DNA of 64,000 bases from Callorhinchus milii. Taxonomy: Eukaryota. The notes beneath the pieces are model-generated. The model saw only the letters and a program-made list of their open reading frames with translations, was not told where the DNA came from and did not search any database. Below, piece after piece: positions 51,601 to 64,000 of the stretch. The DNA lies in NCBI RefSeq assembly GCF_018977255.1, contig NW_024704743.1:110610001-110674000 (forward strand). The letters run 5' to 3'. A program made the translations under genes and the position numbers. Position 1 is the stretch's first letter, and each line of letters begins with the position of its first letter.

Positions 51601-54600
51601 CTTAATTTTACAACTTGCACTTATATATTCTTTTTATGAAGAGTGAAAATCTTGATGTACTTAATAGATCTAATGGAGAGCACTAACCACCTCAAATGGA
51701 GATTTAAAGGTAGTGACCAAAAACATGGTGAAATAAAGTTTTTTTTTAAAGCAAGGTTTTGAATGTAGGGAGAGAGGAAGCAAGGCAAAGAGATTTTAAA
51801 AGAGAAGTTCAGATGATGTAAAATGATTGACTGAAAGTTTGGCCACCAGTAGTTAAGGAATAGACCAGAATTTGAAGACCAAAGGGTAAAAGCAACAGGT
51901 TAGGATTGCAGAGAGAAGCGAGACCATGAAAGGATTTAGAAGGAGAAGGATCATAAAGGTTCCTGGGAGGCAGTGGAATATGGCTATAGATGAAGAGCCT
52001 AATGTAGGGAAACACTGATTGCAAACTTTTGCACAGGTTGGACTTTATGCGGAGTGGTATTAGGGAGGCTGGCATGCACAAGAACATTCTTTGAATAAAT
52101 AAGTATTCCCGTATCTTTTTTCTCAGTAGCAGTGGTTGTATTCAGATTACAGGCTTCATATATTTACGTAACTCTCTACCATTGTGAAATAAATTCTACA
52201 CAAGTACAAACGATAATGCTGAAAAGGGAAACAGATTTACAAAAGGAAGGACACAAGAAGACTACGAGTTTAAATATAGAGACTAAAAATATGCAGAACT
52301 GGCAACACCCATCACCAAAATTTTAAAGAGCTAAAAGCCACACTGACATATTGTATAGTAAACAGTGCATCAATAAAACCATATGCTGCAATTATACCAT
52401 ATCATTGGTTTGAAGACGTGATAAGGCGGTATATCAACCACAACAAAATTACATTTGTAAAGCGCCTTCCATGTCGGGAGGACGTCCCAATGCGCTGAAC
52501 AATAAGGGATCAGGACCCGAGCGTGGGTGGGCAGGGTTGGGATGAGGGAGGGCAGAGAGGTAGGATGGCGGCTAAAGGCATGGTCGAAAAGGAGGGTCTT
52601 GAGTCATGCCTTGAAGGAGACAAGGTAGGGAGCAAGGCAAAGGGACTGTGGGATGGAATTCCAAAGGGAATCCTGTAGCTCAGTGGTTAGAGCACTTGCC
52701 TCGCAAGCAAGAGACCTGGGTTCGGCAAGTTGTTGGGCAAGTTTCCTTACTCCAGACGCCTCTGTTTAACTAGCGGTAAGTAGGAACCCAGTTGCTAGTC
52801 GATTGGCAGATCGCTTTTCCGGGGGTTAATATTCCTTCAAAAAAAATACTACTACTAATAATAAATTGATCACTTCAATTCATGAATGTCTGTGGGACAC
52901 TGCTATGCGCAATTGTTTGCTGTGTTTTGCCCACAAAATGTGCTGTCAATTCTCTTTACAGTATATTCTGTGAAGCACTTTGAGACGTCTCGAAGACGTG
53001 ATAAGGCACTATATCAAATGCAAGTATTATTATTATATATTATAAAGGTTGGGGGCAGAGAGGCTGAAAACCCAGCTGCCGATGGTCGGGCAACAGACAT
53101 GGAGCTGCCCAGAGCCTGTTGAATGAAGGGAGTGGACAGGTTGATAGGGGGTTAGCAGGTCAGAGAGGTAGGAGGGGGCAAGGCCGTGGAAAGCCTTGAA
53201 AGTGAGGATGAGGATTTTTAATTCTATCCTCTGAGGGATGGGGAGCCAGTGGAGCCAAGTGAGGGTGGGGGTTCTGGGGTCATGGAGCCTAGTGCGGGAG
53301 AGGATACGAGCTGCAGAGTTTTGGATGATGTGCAGCTTATGGAGGCAAGAGTTAAGGAGGTCAACAAGGAGGGAGTTTCCGTAGTTGAGCCTTGAGGTGA
53401 CGAATGCGTGTATGAGGGTTTCGGCGGCCTGAGGGGTGAGGCAGTGGCTGATTTGGACAATTTTGCGGAGGTGAGGGAAGGCAGTGCGGGTCATGGCATG
53501 GATACGGGGGAGAAAGGACAGTTCAGAGTCAAACAAGCCGCCCAGGTTCATGACTGGCTTGGTGAGATGGAGTGTGCATCCGTGGATGCTGATGCTGCCA
53601 GTGCCTGAGGTGCTGAGGCGCTGGCATGAGCCAATCAGGAGGACCTCGGTCTTGCTGATATTCAGCTGTAGAAAGTTGGCTCGCATCTAGGACTTGTTGG
53701 CAGACATATAGTCAGTCAGGATGTCAGTTGTCCTGGAATCAAGGGTGGAGGCAGAGGGATAGAGTTGAGTATCATCCATGTACATGAGAAAGTTGACCCA
53801 ATGTCTGCGAATGATGTCACCAAGGGGGAGCACGTTAAGGTTGAAGAGGAAGGAACCGAGGACAGAATCCTGAGGAATACCACACAAGATTGTGCAGGGG
53901 CTGGAAGAGAAACTGTTGGCAGAGACAAATTGGATATGGTGTAAGAGATAAGACCTGAACCATTCAAGGACAGAACCTTAAAGGTTGAGGTGAGGGGAGA
54001 GGCGATGGAGGAGGATGGAGTGGTATCGAAGGCAGCAGAGAGGTCGAGGAGGACGAGGAGGCAGAGGAAGCCCTGGCCACAGAGGGACAGGATGTCGTTT
54101 GTGACCTTGACCAGAGCAGTTTCCTTGCTGTGTGAACTTACGAGTAGGGGCTGGAGCATGAAGGGGAGATGGGGAGGGAGTGTCGGTTGGGAGGGCGGAG
54201 GCAGCTGAATGAATCCCCTCGATTTTGGACTCGAGGAAATCCAGCGCCTCCTCACAGTCAGAGTTTGCAAGTTTGCATCACATGCAAGGATTATTATTAT
54301 TATCAGTACATCATAATCCTTTGCACCATTTGAATGGAAACATGCCATTCAGCGCTGCAGCTTTTACAAAAACCAGAAGTCTAATTCAGTAGATGTACCA
54401 CGAGTGCTCTAGATCAACTATAGATGCAACCACCGCTGTTTTTAACACTTCCTGGAACTTAAAAAAAAACTGCACCGCTTAATTTCCAAATCATTAAATA
54501 AACCTTATGGGATTAGCAGCCCTTTTCAATTGTAAGAAACATCATTGATGGTCAAAGGCAAGTAATCAGTACTTCATGTGTGCTGGAGCACTTAACTGGG

Positions 54601-57600
54601 AAGCTCTGCCTTAATCGGCAGCAATGTGAACAGGAAGAATATGTGCCACTCTCATTCCCATCTAATATTTCACCTATGGATATATTAACAATTGGGGCAT
54701 CAGTTGAATCTCATGATTACTTGCCACATTCACATCTATGTTTTTCACTCCATCCATGCGATATCCGTCACAGATTTATTTGATCAGCCGGGTGTCTGGA
54801 AGCACATCACCATGTTTAAGAGTACCCAAAATAAACAGAGTTCCATGTATTTACCCAACATATGAAAATTCCCGATATTTATTGGAATGGAATGCGCACT
54901 CTTTCCCCAGAGTGACATATTCCAGCACAGATGAATAAAGAATGATCTCATGGAGCGGCTGCATGACTGACAGAGGGGAACTGCAGAATTACACAATGTG
55001 CAGGTGCCTTTCTGCTTTATAGAACAAAATCTACATGCGAAAAGCAGAGAACTCTAATACAATCGAGGGTATACATTTTGCAGATTCAGAATTATAGATG
55101 AAAAAGCATTTAAACCCTCACTGAAAAATTCATTTCAGCCATTAATAAAAGCTTTAGACAGCTTTGAAATGAAACTTTAACAAACCTTAACAAATACCTG
55201 GATCAATCATAATTTAAATCTCCTAAAATTAAAATACTGCCAACATTTAATGACCATCATCTGTGCGTTGTGTTAAAAGGTCAACCCAATTGCAGTTAAA
55301 TATTTATCATTTACAGAAATACTGCAGGACAAGATGGAAATCCTACTATATTGTCTACAAAATGGGCCCAATTAGTTTTCGGTGATGGATCTGAACAGAA
55401 GTAGAATGGATCAGTGGCTTAGAATTCACCTCAGGCAGCTGTAACAGAACAGGCTACACAAGCATAATATTAGTACAATAGCTGTACTAACACTCATTGA
55501 TGGTGTTCAATTTAGGAGCAGCATCTGAAATATAGAAAGCCTGTCATCTGCTCAAGATTTTGAGATGTCAGACTCTATATATACAAATAAGTATCCCACT
55601 GTAACCTTAGGCTACTTTTTATTTTTGAAGAGGAGTTGCCTGTCATTCTTTGACTTTTAGCAAGGTTCTTGCATTCTGATGTTTTTTCTTGGAGGGGGTG
55701 GAAATTAAGAGAAGTGAAAATGATTTGGGGAGGACAAGTTTGCAGGGCTATGGGGAGAGAGCGGGAGAGTGGGATTGATTTGGATAGCTCTTTTTAAAGA
55801 GCTGGCACAGACGCGATGGGCCAAATGGCCTCCTTCTGTGCTCTATAATTCTATGATTCCATAAAAATAAATCAGTGTTTGTAAAATTACTCAAGTAAAA
55901 CAAGATTCTGAGATAAGTAAAACTCACATAAGTCTTATAAATCATACAATTGCCTAAATCAGATATGCACACAGGTCTCATTCAGTTTCCTATCAAAACT
56001 ACTTAATTTCTTTGCACTCATTGTATCAATCATCCTCTAACTTGTAATGCCTCTCCTCTGTCCTCCATTACTCCTGCACGTACTGGCTGCAGTCACAAAG
56101 TACAGTATACGCACTTACCAGCTGCATTAATGAACCACCACACATGTACTTACCGGCTGCATTGCATTACACATTCGAGGGGAGATTATTGATTAAAGCT
56201 GATTTTATATGACTTATTCAAGGTTGCTGCAATTTGGGCAAGTCATATTAAATATTAAAATGACTGATACAACAAATGTGAGTTTTACCTTCTTTCATTC
56301 TGGCAGCCTTAAAGTTACATTACATTGCAGTTTTTTTTACCAATACCAAATGTGAAGTTGGAAACAAATTGTGAATGTAAACAAATGGTGATTTGGGTCT
56401 GTTCTCCATGTGAACCAACAAAGTAGCACACTATCACTGGCCTGAACGCTCCCCCTTCCCTTCAAAACGAATTGTTTTAAAATAATTTGGCTGCTGTGCA
56501 ATCAGCCTTACACTCTTCATAGAATTATGCAGCACATAAGGAGGCCATTTGGCCACCGTGTTTGTGCCTGATCTTTGAAAAGAGCTATCCAATTCAATCC
56601 CATTCCCTCTCTCTCTCTCCCCATAGCCCTGCAAACTTGTCCTCCCCAAATAATTGTCTAACAGGGATCTTCTTACAGGATAATACAGGGATTTTGCACT
56701 TTTGCTATATTTGAATCCATTAGCAATATTTTCTCTAATTTTAAAGTTACTAGCAGTGATAAGACATTTCAGATTCTATTTTGTCGAAAAGATAATTTGT
56801 TTTAGACAAAAGGGTATCTGAAATGTCTTAAAAGGTCATTATTTTAAGATATTTCAGAAACCTGGACAGGCAGATGGGACATAAGAACATAAGAATTAGG
56901 AGCAGGAGTAGGCCATTCGGCCCCTCGAGCCTGTCCCTCCATTCAATAAGATCATGGCTGATCTTCAGACCTAACCCTAATTACCTGCCCTATCCCCATA
57001 TCCCCTAATCCCTCTGTTTTTTAAAAATCTATCAGATTCAGTCAAAAGACAGAAGCTCAGACCGCTGTTTAATGTCTCTTCCGAAGGCTGACACCATCGA
57101 CAATGAGGACACCCCCAGAACTGTATTCCAGTGTTAGCATCGACAATACGGGTTCCAGGTATTTGCAGATAAAGGCTTAACAAAGTTGCTCATCTCTAAC
57201 AATTCGAACCACGAACAATGTAACAATTATAAACTTGCTCTTAGCAGCAATAAGATTCTGACTATCTGCCATCAGATCAGCTTCACTTTGTTATTTTTGG
57301 TTCCAAAGTGATCACAGATGACAATTGGAGAAAGAAAGGAAATTTCAGACAATTTCAATACTCACTGAAAGTGACATTTACAACGGGCTCTGACGTATCA
57401 TGTCTTACATCTGCTACAATCTGACAGTTGGAATTGGTTAGGCGTGCCTTTTCGGTTCCTATTGCAGCAAGAAATTCTCTAAAAAAAAAGCAACAGGAAT
57501 TGGTTAAGAAAATAAATTGAAGGTTCTTAGGTCTCGTCAACCACATATTATCCCTTGTAACCTAGATAGAACTAGAATTATTTAACATCCACATAGTTCT

Positions 57601-60600
57601 CCTTTCAAGGTTTGCTAGATGTGCACTAACAAAGGAGATCCTAAACCCGGAGTATTCACTAAGATCTGATCAGGAGGGAAGCACACCCAGAACTGACTGA
57701 TATCTGGTCATGAATATCTAATATTCTAATTGACCAGACTAATATCTGGACAGTTCTGGGTGTCACACATAGAGGATAGGCTGCACAGGTTTGTTAGCCT
57801 CTTAAAGAGCCATCTCAAGAGGGCTGGCTGTGTGGAATTGGCTTAACAACAAGATTACACTTGTATAGCACCTTTCATGTCGGGAGGACATCCCAAGGCG
57901 CTGGACAGTAACAGCATTTAAGACCCGAGCTGGGGTCAGGGGAGAGAAGGGAGGGGAGGGGAAAGGAAGGGGGTGGCTGATGGCATGGTCGAAGAGGAGG
58001 GTCTTGAGGCGGAACTTGAAGAAGGCTCAGGAGGGGGTGAGGTGGAGTGATTGGGGGATGGAATTTCAGAGGTTGGGGGCAGAGTGGCTGAAGGCTCTCC
58101 CACCAATGGTGGGATGGGTGGGTCGGGATACGTGGAGCAGGCCGGAGCCGGCTGAGTGGAGGGAGCGGGGAGGTTGATAGGGGGTTAGGAGGTCGCAGAG
58201 GTAGGGTGAGGCCGTGGAGGGCTTTGTAGGTGAGGACCAGGATCTTGAACTGGATAGAACTGAAGGATAGGGAGCCAATTGATTCAGGTGAGAATGGGGG
58301 AGATGGGGTCACGGAGTTTGGTGCGGGAGAGGACACGGGCTGCAGAGTTCTGAATTATCTGCAGCCTGTGGAGGGAGGAGTTGGGAAGGCCGACAAGCAG
58401 GGCGTTTGCAAAATCAAGCCTGGATGTGATGAAGGCATAAACAAGAGTTTCAGCGGCCTGAGGGGTGAGGTAGTGGCGGAGTCGGGTTATGTTACGGAGG
58501 TGAGGGAAGGCAGAGTGGGGAAGACAGTTGAGGGTCGAACAAGACAGCTTGGTTCCTGACTGGCTTGGTGAGTTGAAGTGTGCAACCATGGAGGTTGATG
58601 GTGCCAGAGCCAGAGGTGCAAAGGCGCTGGCGTGAGCCAATCAGGAGGGCCTCAGTCTTGTTCACATTCAATTGTAGGAAATTTGCCCTCATCCAGGACT
58701 TGATGTCCGACAGGCAGTCTGTCAGGACAGTAGTGGTCCTGGAGTTGAGGGTGGGAGGCAGAGAGATAGAGTTGGGTGTCATCCGCATACATATGGAAGT
58801 TGACCCCATGTCTGCGGATGATGTCACCAAGGGGGAGCATGTAGATATTAAAGAGGAGAGCACCAAGGACAGAGCCCTGGGGGATGCCAGACGTGACAGT
58901 GTGGGGACTGGAGAAACCGTTAGAGGCAACAAAGTGGCCACGGTGAGAGAGATAGGAATCGAACCAGGCAAGGGCATGTCCGCGAAGATTAAATAAAGAG
59001 TATGAGGATGGAGTGGTCGACCATGTCAAAGGCGGCAGAGAGGTCGAGGAGGACAAGGAGGCAGAGGGAGCCCTGATCACAGATGTTCAGAATATCATTA
59101 GTGACTTTGACCAGGGCTGTTTCCGTGCTGTGGGCAGCGCGGAAGCCGGATTGGAGGGGTTCAAAGAGAGAATGGCGAGAAAGAATGGAGCGGAGCTGGG
59201 ACGCGACGACTCGTTCCAGGACCTTGGAGAGGAATTGGAGGGTAGAGATGGGGCGGTAGCTGGAGAGAAGGGATGGGTCCAGGGAAGGTTTTTTCAAGAT
59301 GGGGGTGATGACGGCTGTTTTTAGGATAACAGGATAACAAGTTTGGAGTTGTTTGCAAAGAAGGACACAAATAAGTTTCTTTATGCAGATATTTATCAAT
59401 AATAATAATAATAATTCTTGTATTTGATATAGCACCTTATCACGTCTTCTAGATGTCTCAAAGCACTTCACAGAATACGCTGTAAAGTGAATTGGCTGTA
59501 TATTTGTGGGCAAAACACGACAACCAATTGCGCACAGCAGTGTCCCACAAACAGTCCTGGATTGAAAATGACCAATTTATTATTTTTTTTGGAGGGATTA
59601 TTGTTAGGTGTGTGGAGTAAGGAAACTTGCCCAAGGTTTCGCTCTGCCTGGAATTGAACCCAGGTGCCTCGCTTGCAAGGCGAGTGCTCTAACCACTGAG
59701 CTACAAGCCTCTACAGTAACTGTAACAGGTTTGAAAGTTGCATTTTATAGTGTCATATATCAAAACAAACAGAAGCATTTCATAAATAATTACTGTCAAC
59801 AAAGTTTGGGTAGAAAAACATGACAGTCAATTATGCCACTAAGTATCCAAATACAAAAACAACTTACACTTATATAACCCCTTCAGGCGGGGTACAGTCT
59901 CAAGAGTCTTCGAAAAACACTCATACAGTGAACCACAATTAGTCTGGAGAATTCTTGACCAAGACACAGGTAATATAACTTTTAAATGTCCACCAAAAAC
60001 AGGCAGAAAAGACCTTACTTTAACATTTTACCCAAAGGACATCCTCTGGCAATGTAAGACTGCCCAGAAATACACTGGAGTGTCAGCCTGGACCATGACA
60101 TGGGGCTTGAACCCACAATTTTTTTGTGGGTCCTAAGGCTAACAACGGAGCTTGTCAAGAAGGCTGCACAAAGCCTGGACGCTGGATCCCGTTCCCGGCT
60201 CTCATCAGGCGGACTCCCCTCCACAGGCAGATTTCTCTAACCTCTCCTCTCTCACCTCGGTCACCCTCCCTACCCACCAACCCCTTACCCTCCACACTTC
60301 CTGATCCCGACCCCCAGCTCGGGTGCACATCTTTGACTGTCCGGCACCTTGGGACGTCCTCCCAACATGAAAGCTAAACAAAAGTAAGAATGTTGTTGTT
60401 GGATCCCCAGCCTCTTCTCTCTCACCTGACCGACCCTCAACCTCTCCTCCATCACCTGACAGACCCTCTCTCTCTCTCTCTCTCTCTCTCGACAGATGTC
60501 AAGATCCTCACAGTCAAATCCCTTCAATGCCCTGCGACCTCCCGACCTCTCCCACCTGCTCACTGCCCCAACCCACCACCCGCTGCCTCCGCTCGACTGT

Positions 60601-61134
60601 CAATCCACGGCTGTTGGTGGGACTGCACGGGGCTGCGGGCAGTCGGCTGCCGGGTTTCGCCCACAAAATACGCAGCCGCCACACGTGTGGTCAGCGGGTG
60701 GGCTCTCAGTGAAGCGCTCTGAGACGTCTCGAAGGCGCGATGCGGCGCTGTATCGAATGCGCGGACCAGGACGCGCCTGGTGGCCCCGGGGGCCCCTGAT
60801 CCGCCAGCGGTGTCCGGGCGTTCAGCCACTACACCCCGGGGACACTCTGCCTCTGACCCTCCGCCTTGACCCTCTCCCTCCCCATCTTCAGGTCAGGAAA
60901 CCGCCCTCTTCCATCGTGGCTGCGGTCACCTCCTCCCCTCCTCCTCCCCCCCACACACACACTCCCCCACACACCCCCCCACACACACCGCCGCCGCGTG
61001 AGGGCCGCGATAGTCAACCGTAAGCCGTCGCGGTTGCCCTCTGACCTGACTGACCGCACGTTGCCGTCGAAGGGACAGAACCGCACGGTGACGTCCCTGA
61101 CCGCTCTGAGCGCCACCCGCCGCCCGGCCGCCAT
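48641..61134 (-). CDS. MRPL53: Mitochondrial ribosomal protein L53 (mL53), 3 coding exons, 107 aa
   Basis: Exons 61046-61134 (89 nt), 57366-57478 (113), 48641-48762 (122 incl. TAA); phases join in frame. Protein: [69 protein letters not shown]... (junction codon AAT = N) [40 protein letters not shown], i.e. ...VVNVTF-N-DGEKL.... Recognisable mL53 motifs: V.FCPF..NV.S.R.FL, TN.NC....DV.HD.SEP, F.DG..L.M.G..LT. AATAAA at 48332-48337 (-). Confidence 0.92.
50495..50940 (+). mobile_element. L2 3' fragment
   Basis: [24 protein letters not shown]...GGRAFS...LWNSIP and the L2 tail. Confidence 0.88.
52440..54250 (-). mobile_element. L2 LINE fragment interrupted by a SINE at 52667-53040
   Basis: [18 protein letters not shown] and [12 protein letters not shown]2 sequence is continuous across the SINE, with AAAGG on both sides. 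Confidence 0.9.
52667..53035 (+). mobile_element. Older-subfamily SINE inserted in L2
   Basis: Long variant, tail GAGACGTCTCGAAGACGTGATAAGG. Confidence 0.88.
55720..55860 (+). mobile_element. CR1 3' end
   Basis: Same 3'UTR as 46220-46358. Confidence 0.85.
56517..56660 (-). mobile_element. CR1 3' end
   Basis: Same 3'UTR, inverted relative to 55720-55860. Confidence 0.8.
56878..57035 (-). mobile_element. CR1-type 3' end, second family (shark HER1/HE1-like tail)
   Basis: ACATAAGAACATAAGAATTAGGAGCAGGAGTAGGCCATTCGGCCC tail. Confidence 0.7.
57846..59322 (-). mobile_element. L2 LINE, 5'-truncated RT and 3' tail (MRPL53 intron 1)
   Basis: [37 protein letters not shown] and [11 protein letters not shown], with frameshifts. 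Confidence 0.93.
59398..59708 (-). mobile_element. SINE, short body with old-type tail
   Basis: Lacks the ~60-bp segment but keeps a GAGAC..GATAAGG tail. Confidence 0.88.
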
Positions 61135-61340
61135 GTTTCCCCGCCTGCGCTGCCGGCGGCCCGGGGGGGGCGGGGGGCGGGGGGCACGCCGGGAAGTGTA
61201 GTTTCCCGTGAAGTCTGAACTACAGCGAGGTGCGCATGCGTAGAATCAGCAGCGGGCGGGAGTGTGGGAGGGGTGGCGGGGGGGGGGTGGAGCGAAGCCG
61301 CGCATGCGCCCGGCGGGGGGACTCTACCAGCTGTTCGTGG
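60540..61340. promoter_or_regulatory. CpG-island promoter of MRPL53, probably bidirectional
   Basis: Only strongly CpG-rich segment of the window. NRF1-type GCGCATGCG sites at 61231-61240 and 61300-61309. ACTACACTTCCC (ZNF143/THAP11-type ACTACAnnTCCC) at 61191-61202 on the minus strand. GC boxes and G-runs at 61163-61184 and 61255-61290. Confidence 0.85.
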
Positions 61341-61643
61341 AACGCTGAGTGAGTGAGTGAGTGAGTGACAGTGTTGCAGTGACTGAGCCTCACACTGTCT
61401 GTCTGTCTGTCTGCAGCTCACACACTGCCACTGCCTGCAACCTGCACCTCGCCACTGTCACTCTGTCCACTTGCCCCACAAGCTGCTGCTGCTGCTGTCT
61501 CCTGGAGTCCACAGTAAAAAAAGAAAATCACGTTATCACCTCTTTTTTTTTTGCTCCCTCCCTCCCTCCCTCCCAATGTTACATTAAGTTGGTGGAAAAC
61601 GTAGACTGGTTGTTCGCTTCTTCCATCTGTCTTCATGGTAAGT
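61340..61643 (+). other. Candidate first exon of an unidentified divergent gene
   Basis: Starts just beyond the NRF1 sites and ends in ...CTTCATG|GTAAGT (ATG 61635-61637, consensus donor 61638-61643). No downstream exon identified within the window. Confidence 0.45.
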
Positions 61644-62899
61644 TTTCTCTCTCTCTGTCTCGTGTTTTTCTCTCTCTCTCTCTCTCTTGCACAGGACTTT
61701 CTTTTTTTTTGTTTAGTTTTGTTTTTTTGTTTTGTTTTTTGAGTAATCCCAGAGTAATATTTATTATTGCACCCCATCACATCATTATGTCCCACGGTAA
61801 GATTATTCTATAGTTATTCCCAAGAGTAATATTGCTACCCAGAGTAAAAGCAGTGTAATTCCGTGCATTGCATTCGTGTCGTTACTGACTTTGCTCTCTT
61901 TTAGTAAATGGTCCCTTCTTTGTGCAGTAAAAGGGGACAATTTCCAGTGTGCAGTTTCATCAGCAAAGGACCTTGTCTGCAGGCAGGAGTTTGACCTGGA
62001 ACTGTCACACTTGTCTGTGTGTGTGTCTGTGTGTGTATGTGTGTGAGAGAGAGAGAGAGAGAGAGATGGCCTTAAATATTTTACAATCTGTGCACAGGCG
62101 AGAGTTGCAGGAGCTTTTAATGCAGATTCCCTCGGGAGTGTTTTGCACTCGACCTCGAGTCAGTTACTCGGAGCGTTCGACAACGCCGAATGAATGAGTC
62201 TCTGGGACTCGTGCACAGTGTTTGGAAACATTTGTCGAAAGCTGAAGCTGCACTTTGTAGCCGTTCGAAGACACGATCTGCTCGGGTCAGTGTCCTTTAC
62301 AACTGTAGCCCCTTCTCGACAGTATTGTAACGACTCCGTACGGTGACTGCACAAAGCCCTTTGGATCTGAAATGAATGGGGTTCACATGTGTGTGGGGGA
62401 CACACACACACACACACATGTGAACCCTATTCATTTCAGATCCAAAGGGGTTTGCAACCCCTTTGGATCTGAAATGAATGGGGTTCACATGCACCTCCTT
62501 CAGGTATCGACCCTCCTGTATCGATCCCGACTTCCTTTTATTGATCTCTGGGTGCGGTGCAATATCTGGTCACCGATTCAGCTCATCGGTCATTCTGCAA
62601 CAGAATTCCCTCTCTCCCCCTCTCTCTCTCTCTCTCTCTCTCTCCCTTCCTCTCCCCCACCCACGAATTTCTGTAATTCACCCCCCAATTTGCTGGCACA
62701 CCTTTTACCTGCAGTCTTTGCCCACAGCAGCCACTGCGCTAAAGCAGCAGCTTCGTTGTGTGAAGCAACTTCGATTAGACCATCAGCAGATTGTCAGATT
62801 GTTCAACCTTTGAGGGCAACGCTGGCAATTCTGGGTCCAGGACTTACTGCACATGTATTTACTCTTCTCAAACTCCGGTGGTTTTATATATATATATAT

Positions 62900-63217
62900 A
62901 TAATAATAATAATCCTTGCATTTGATATTGCGCTTTTCACGTCGGGAGGACGTCCCAAAGCGCTTCACAGAACACACTGTAAAGTGAATTGACTGTATAT
63001 TTGTGGGCGAACGCGGCAGCCAATTGCGCACAGCAATGTCCCACAAACAGTCGTAGATTGAAAATGACCAATTTATTATTGTTTTTTGGTTTTGGAGGGA
63101 TTATTATTAGGCTCTGTGTGGAGTAAGGAAACTTGCCCAAGGTTTCGCCCTGCCTGGAATTGAACTCGGGTCTCTCGCTTGCAAAGCAAGTGCTCTAACC
63201 ACTGAGCTACAGGACTC
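62900..63217 (-). mobile_element. Young SINE, full length
   Basis: As 701-1014. Confidence 0.92.
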
Positions 63218-64000
63218 CACATATATGTATATATATGAAGTAATAATTGCACACCAACGTTTTAGTTCCAAACGTGTGTTCATTGTGTTATTGAACCTAT
63301 CATTTGTGTGGTTTTACTGTGTATCTTGAATGGATTATACTAAAACATAATGTTAATTGCTCTCTGTCGAGGTTTGTTTGCAGGAACTGTATTAACCTGA
63401 ATGTCAGGAAAGTGCCTCATTAATTTTAATTAATGACTGTAGATTTAGTGCACTTGGGTTTGGGAGTTAAAGACGGCTTAGGATTCAAACAGTTGCTGGA
63501 AATGCAAAGTGTCTGTAAGAATATGCTGAACAGTAGAGAGGTTTGATCAAGCAAATACAGTAAGTACACTGCTATGAATATTGTCAAACATGGGCTTTTA
63601 AAAGTTCTATTCTAAGTGCTCACTCTTAACAGCCTCTGAGATACAACACATTTTGCAGCTCCTTTGGTGATAGAAAAAATAATGCAAAACATTCTCTTTA
63701 TAAAATTGCTCTTCGCTGTATGACAGTGGGAGTTTGTGGTGTGGCTTTTAAATTTAGCATTCTGGAGGAGAGTCCAAAGACATTTTAAAGTCATCCTTCT
63801 CACCAAGTTTTAATGGCTTTTATAAAGGTATGTCACCGCACCTAAACACCAAGAAAGCGCTGACCAAGAAAATAACATTAAAGGGGATTTCAGAAAGAGC
63901 AAAGGGGTGGTATTACAGAAGCTAAGACATGTACATACTTAATGGGACAAATGGTCTACTTTGTGCACTTGTAAACCTTTCAATTCCTTTTCTTTCACAT

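Noticed and set aside
53033..53686. 217-aa ORF, and similar ORFs at 20895-21596, 58652-59513 and 19046-19812
   Set aside because: Fragments of L2 ORF2 broken by stops and frameshifts; not host genes.
52667..59708. Inverted SINE and CR1 pairs around MRPL53 exon 2 as circRNA drivers
   Set aside because: Expected by chance at this repeat density; no direct evidence.
60496..61023. 175-aa ORF and other GC-rich ORFs around the promoter
   Set aside because: Stop-poor because of GC content; derived from SINE/L2 relics and the CpG island, antisense to MRPL53 intron 1.

Overview
Repeat-rich vertebrate genomic DNA, most likely from a cartilaginous fish (inferred from Deu-domain tRNA-SINEs, shark-type CR1 tails and Penelope-derived repeats; the species is not determinable here). 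Three intact spliced protein-coding genes were reconstructed by hand, all on the minus strand. Two are tandem 4-exon fatty acid-binding protein paralogues (133 aa each, ~71% identical; 31094-36240 and 42332-43582). The third is a 3-exon MRPL53 (107 aa; 48641-61134), whose CpG-island promoter carries NRF1 and ZNF143/THAP11-type motifs and probably also drives a divergent + strand gene. The rest is dominated by L2 and CR1 LINE fragments, two subfamilies of a tRNA-Ala-derived Deu-SINE, older SacSINE1-like SINEs, a 1049-bp solo LTR, a mariner-type MITE and Penelope-type fragments. No coding gene was recognised in 1-31000. The most notable observations are: a minimal hammerhead ribozyme motif in a Penelope-type repeat; a SINE copy in the CpG island with exclusively AT->GC changes; a SINE subfamily whose 3' stem-loop has switched to the local L2 version; a tandem-repeat expansion in the 5'UTR of one FABP paralogue; and an unclassified hairpin-rich repeat. 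I found no convincing wholly new multi-gene system. Repeat boundaries are approximate.
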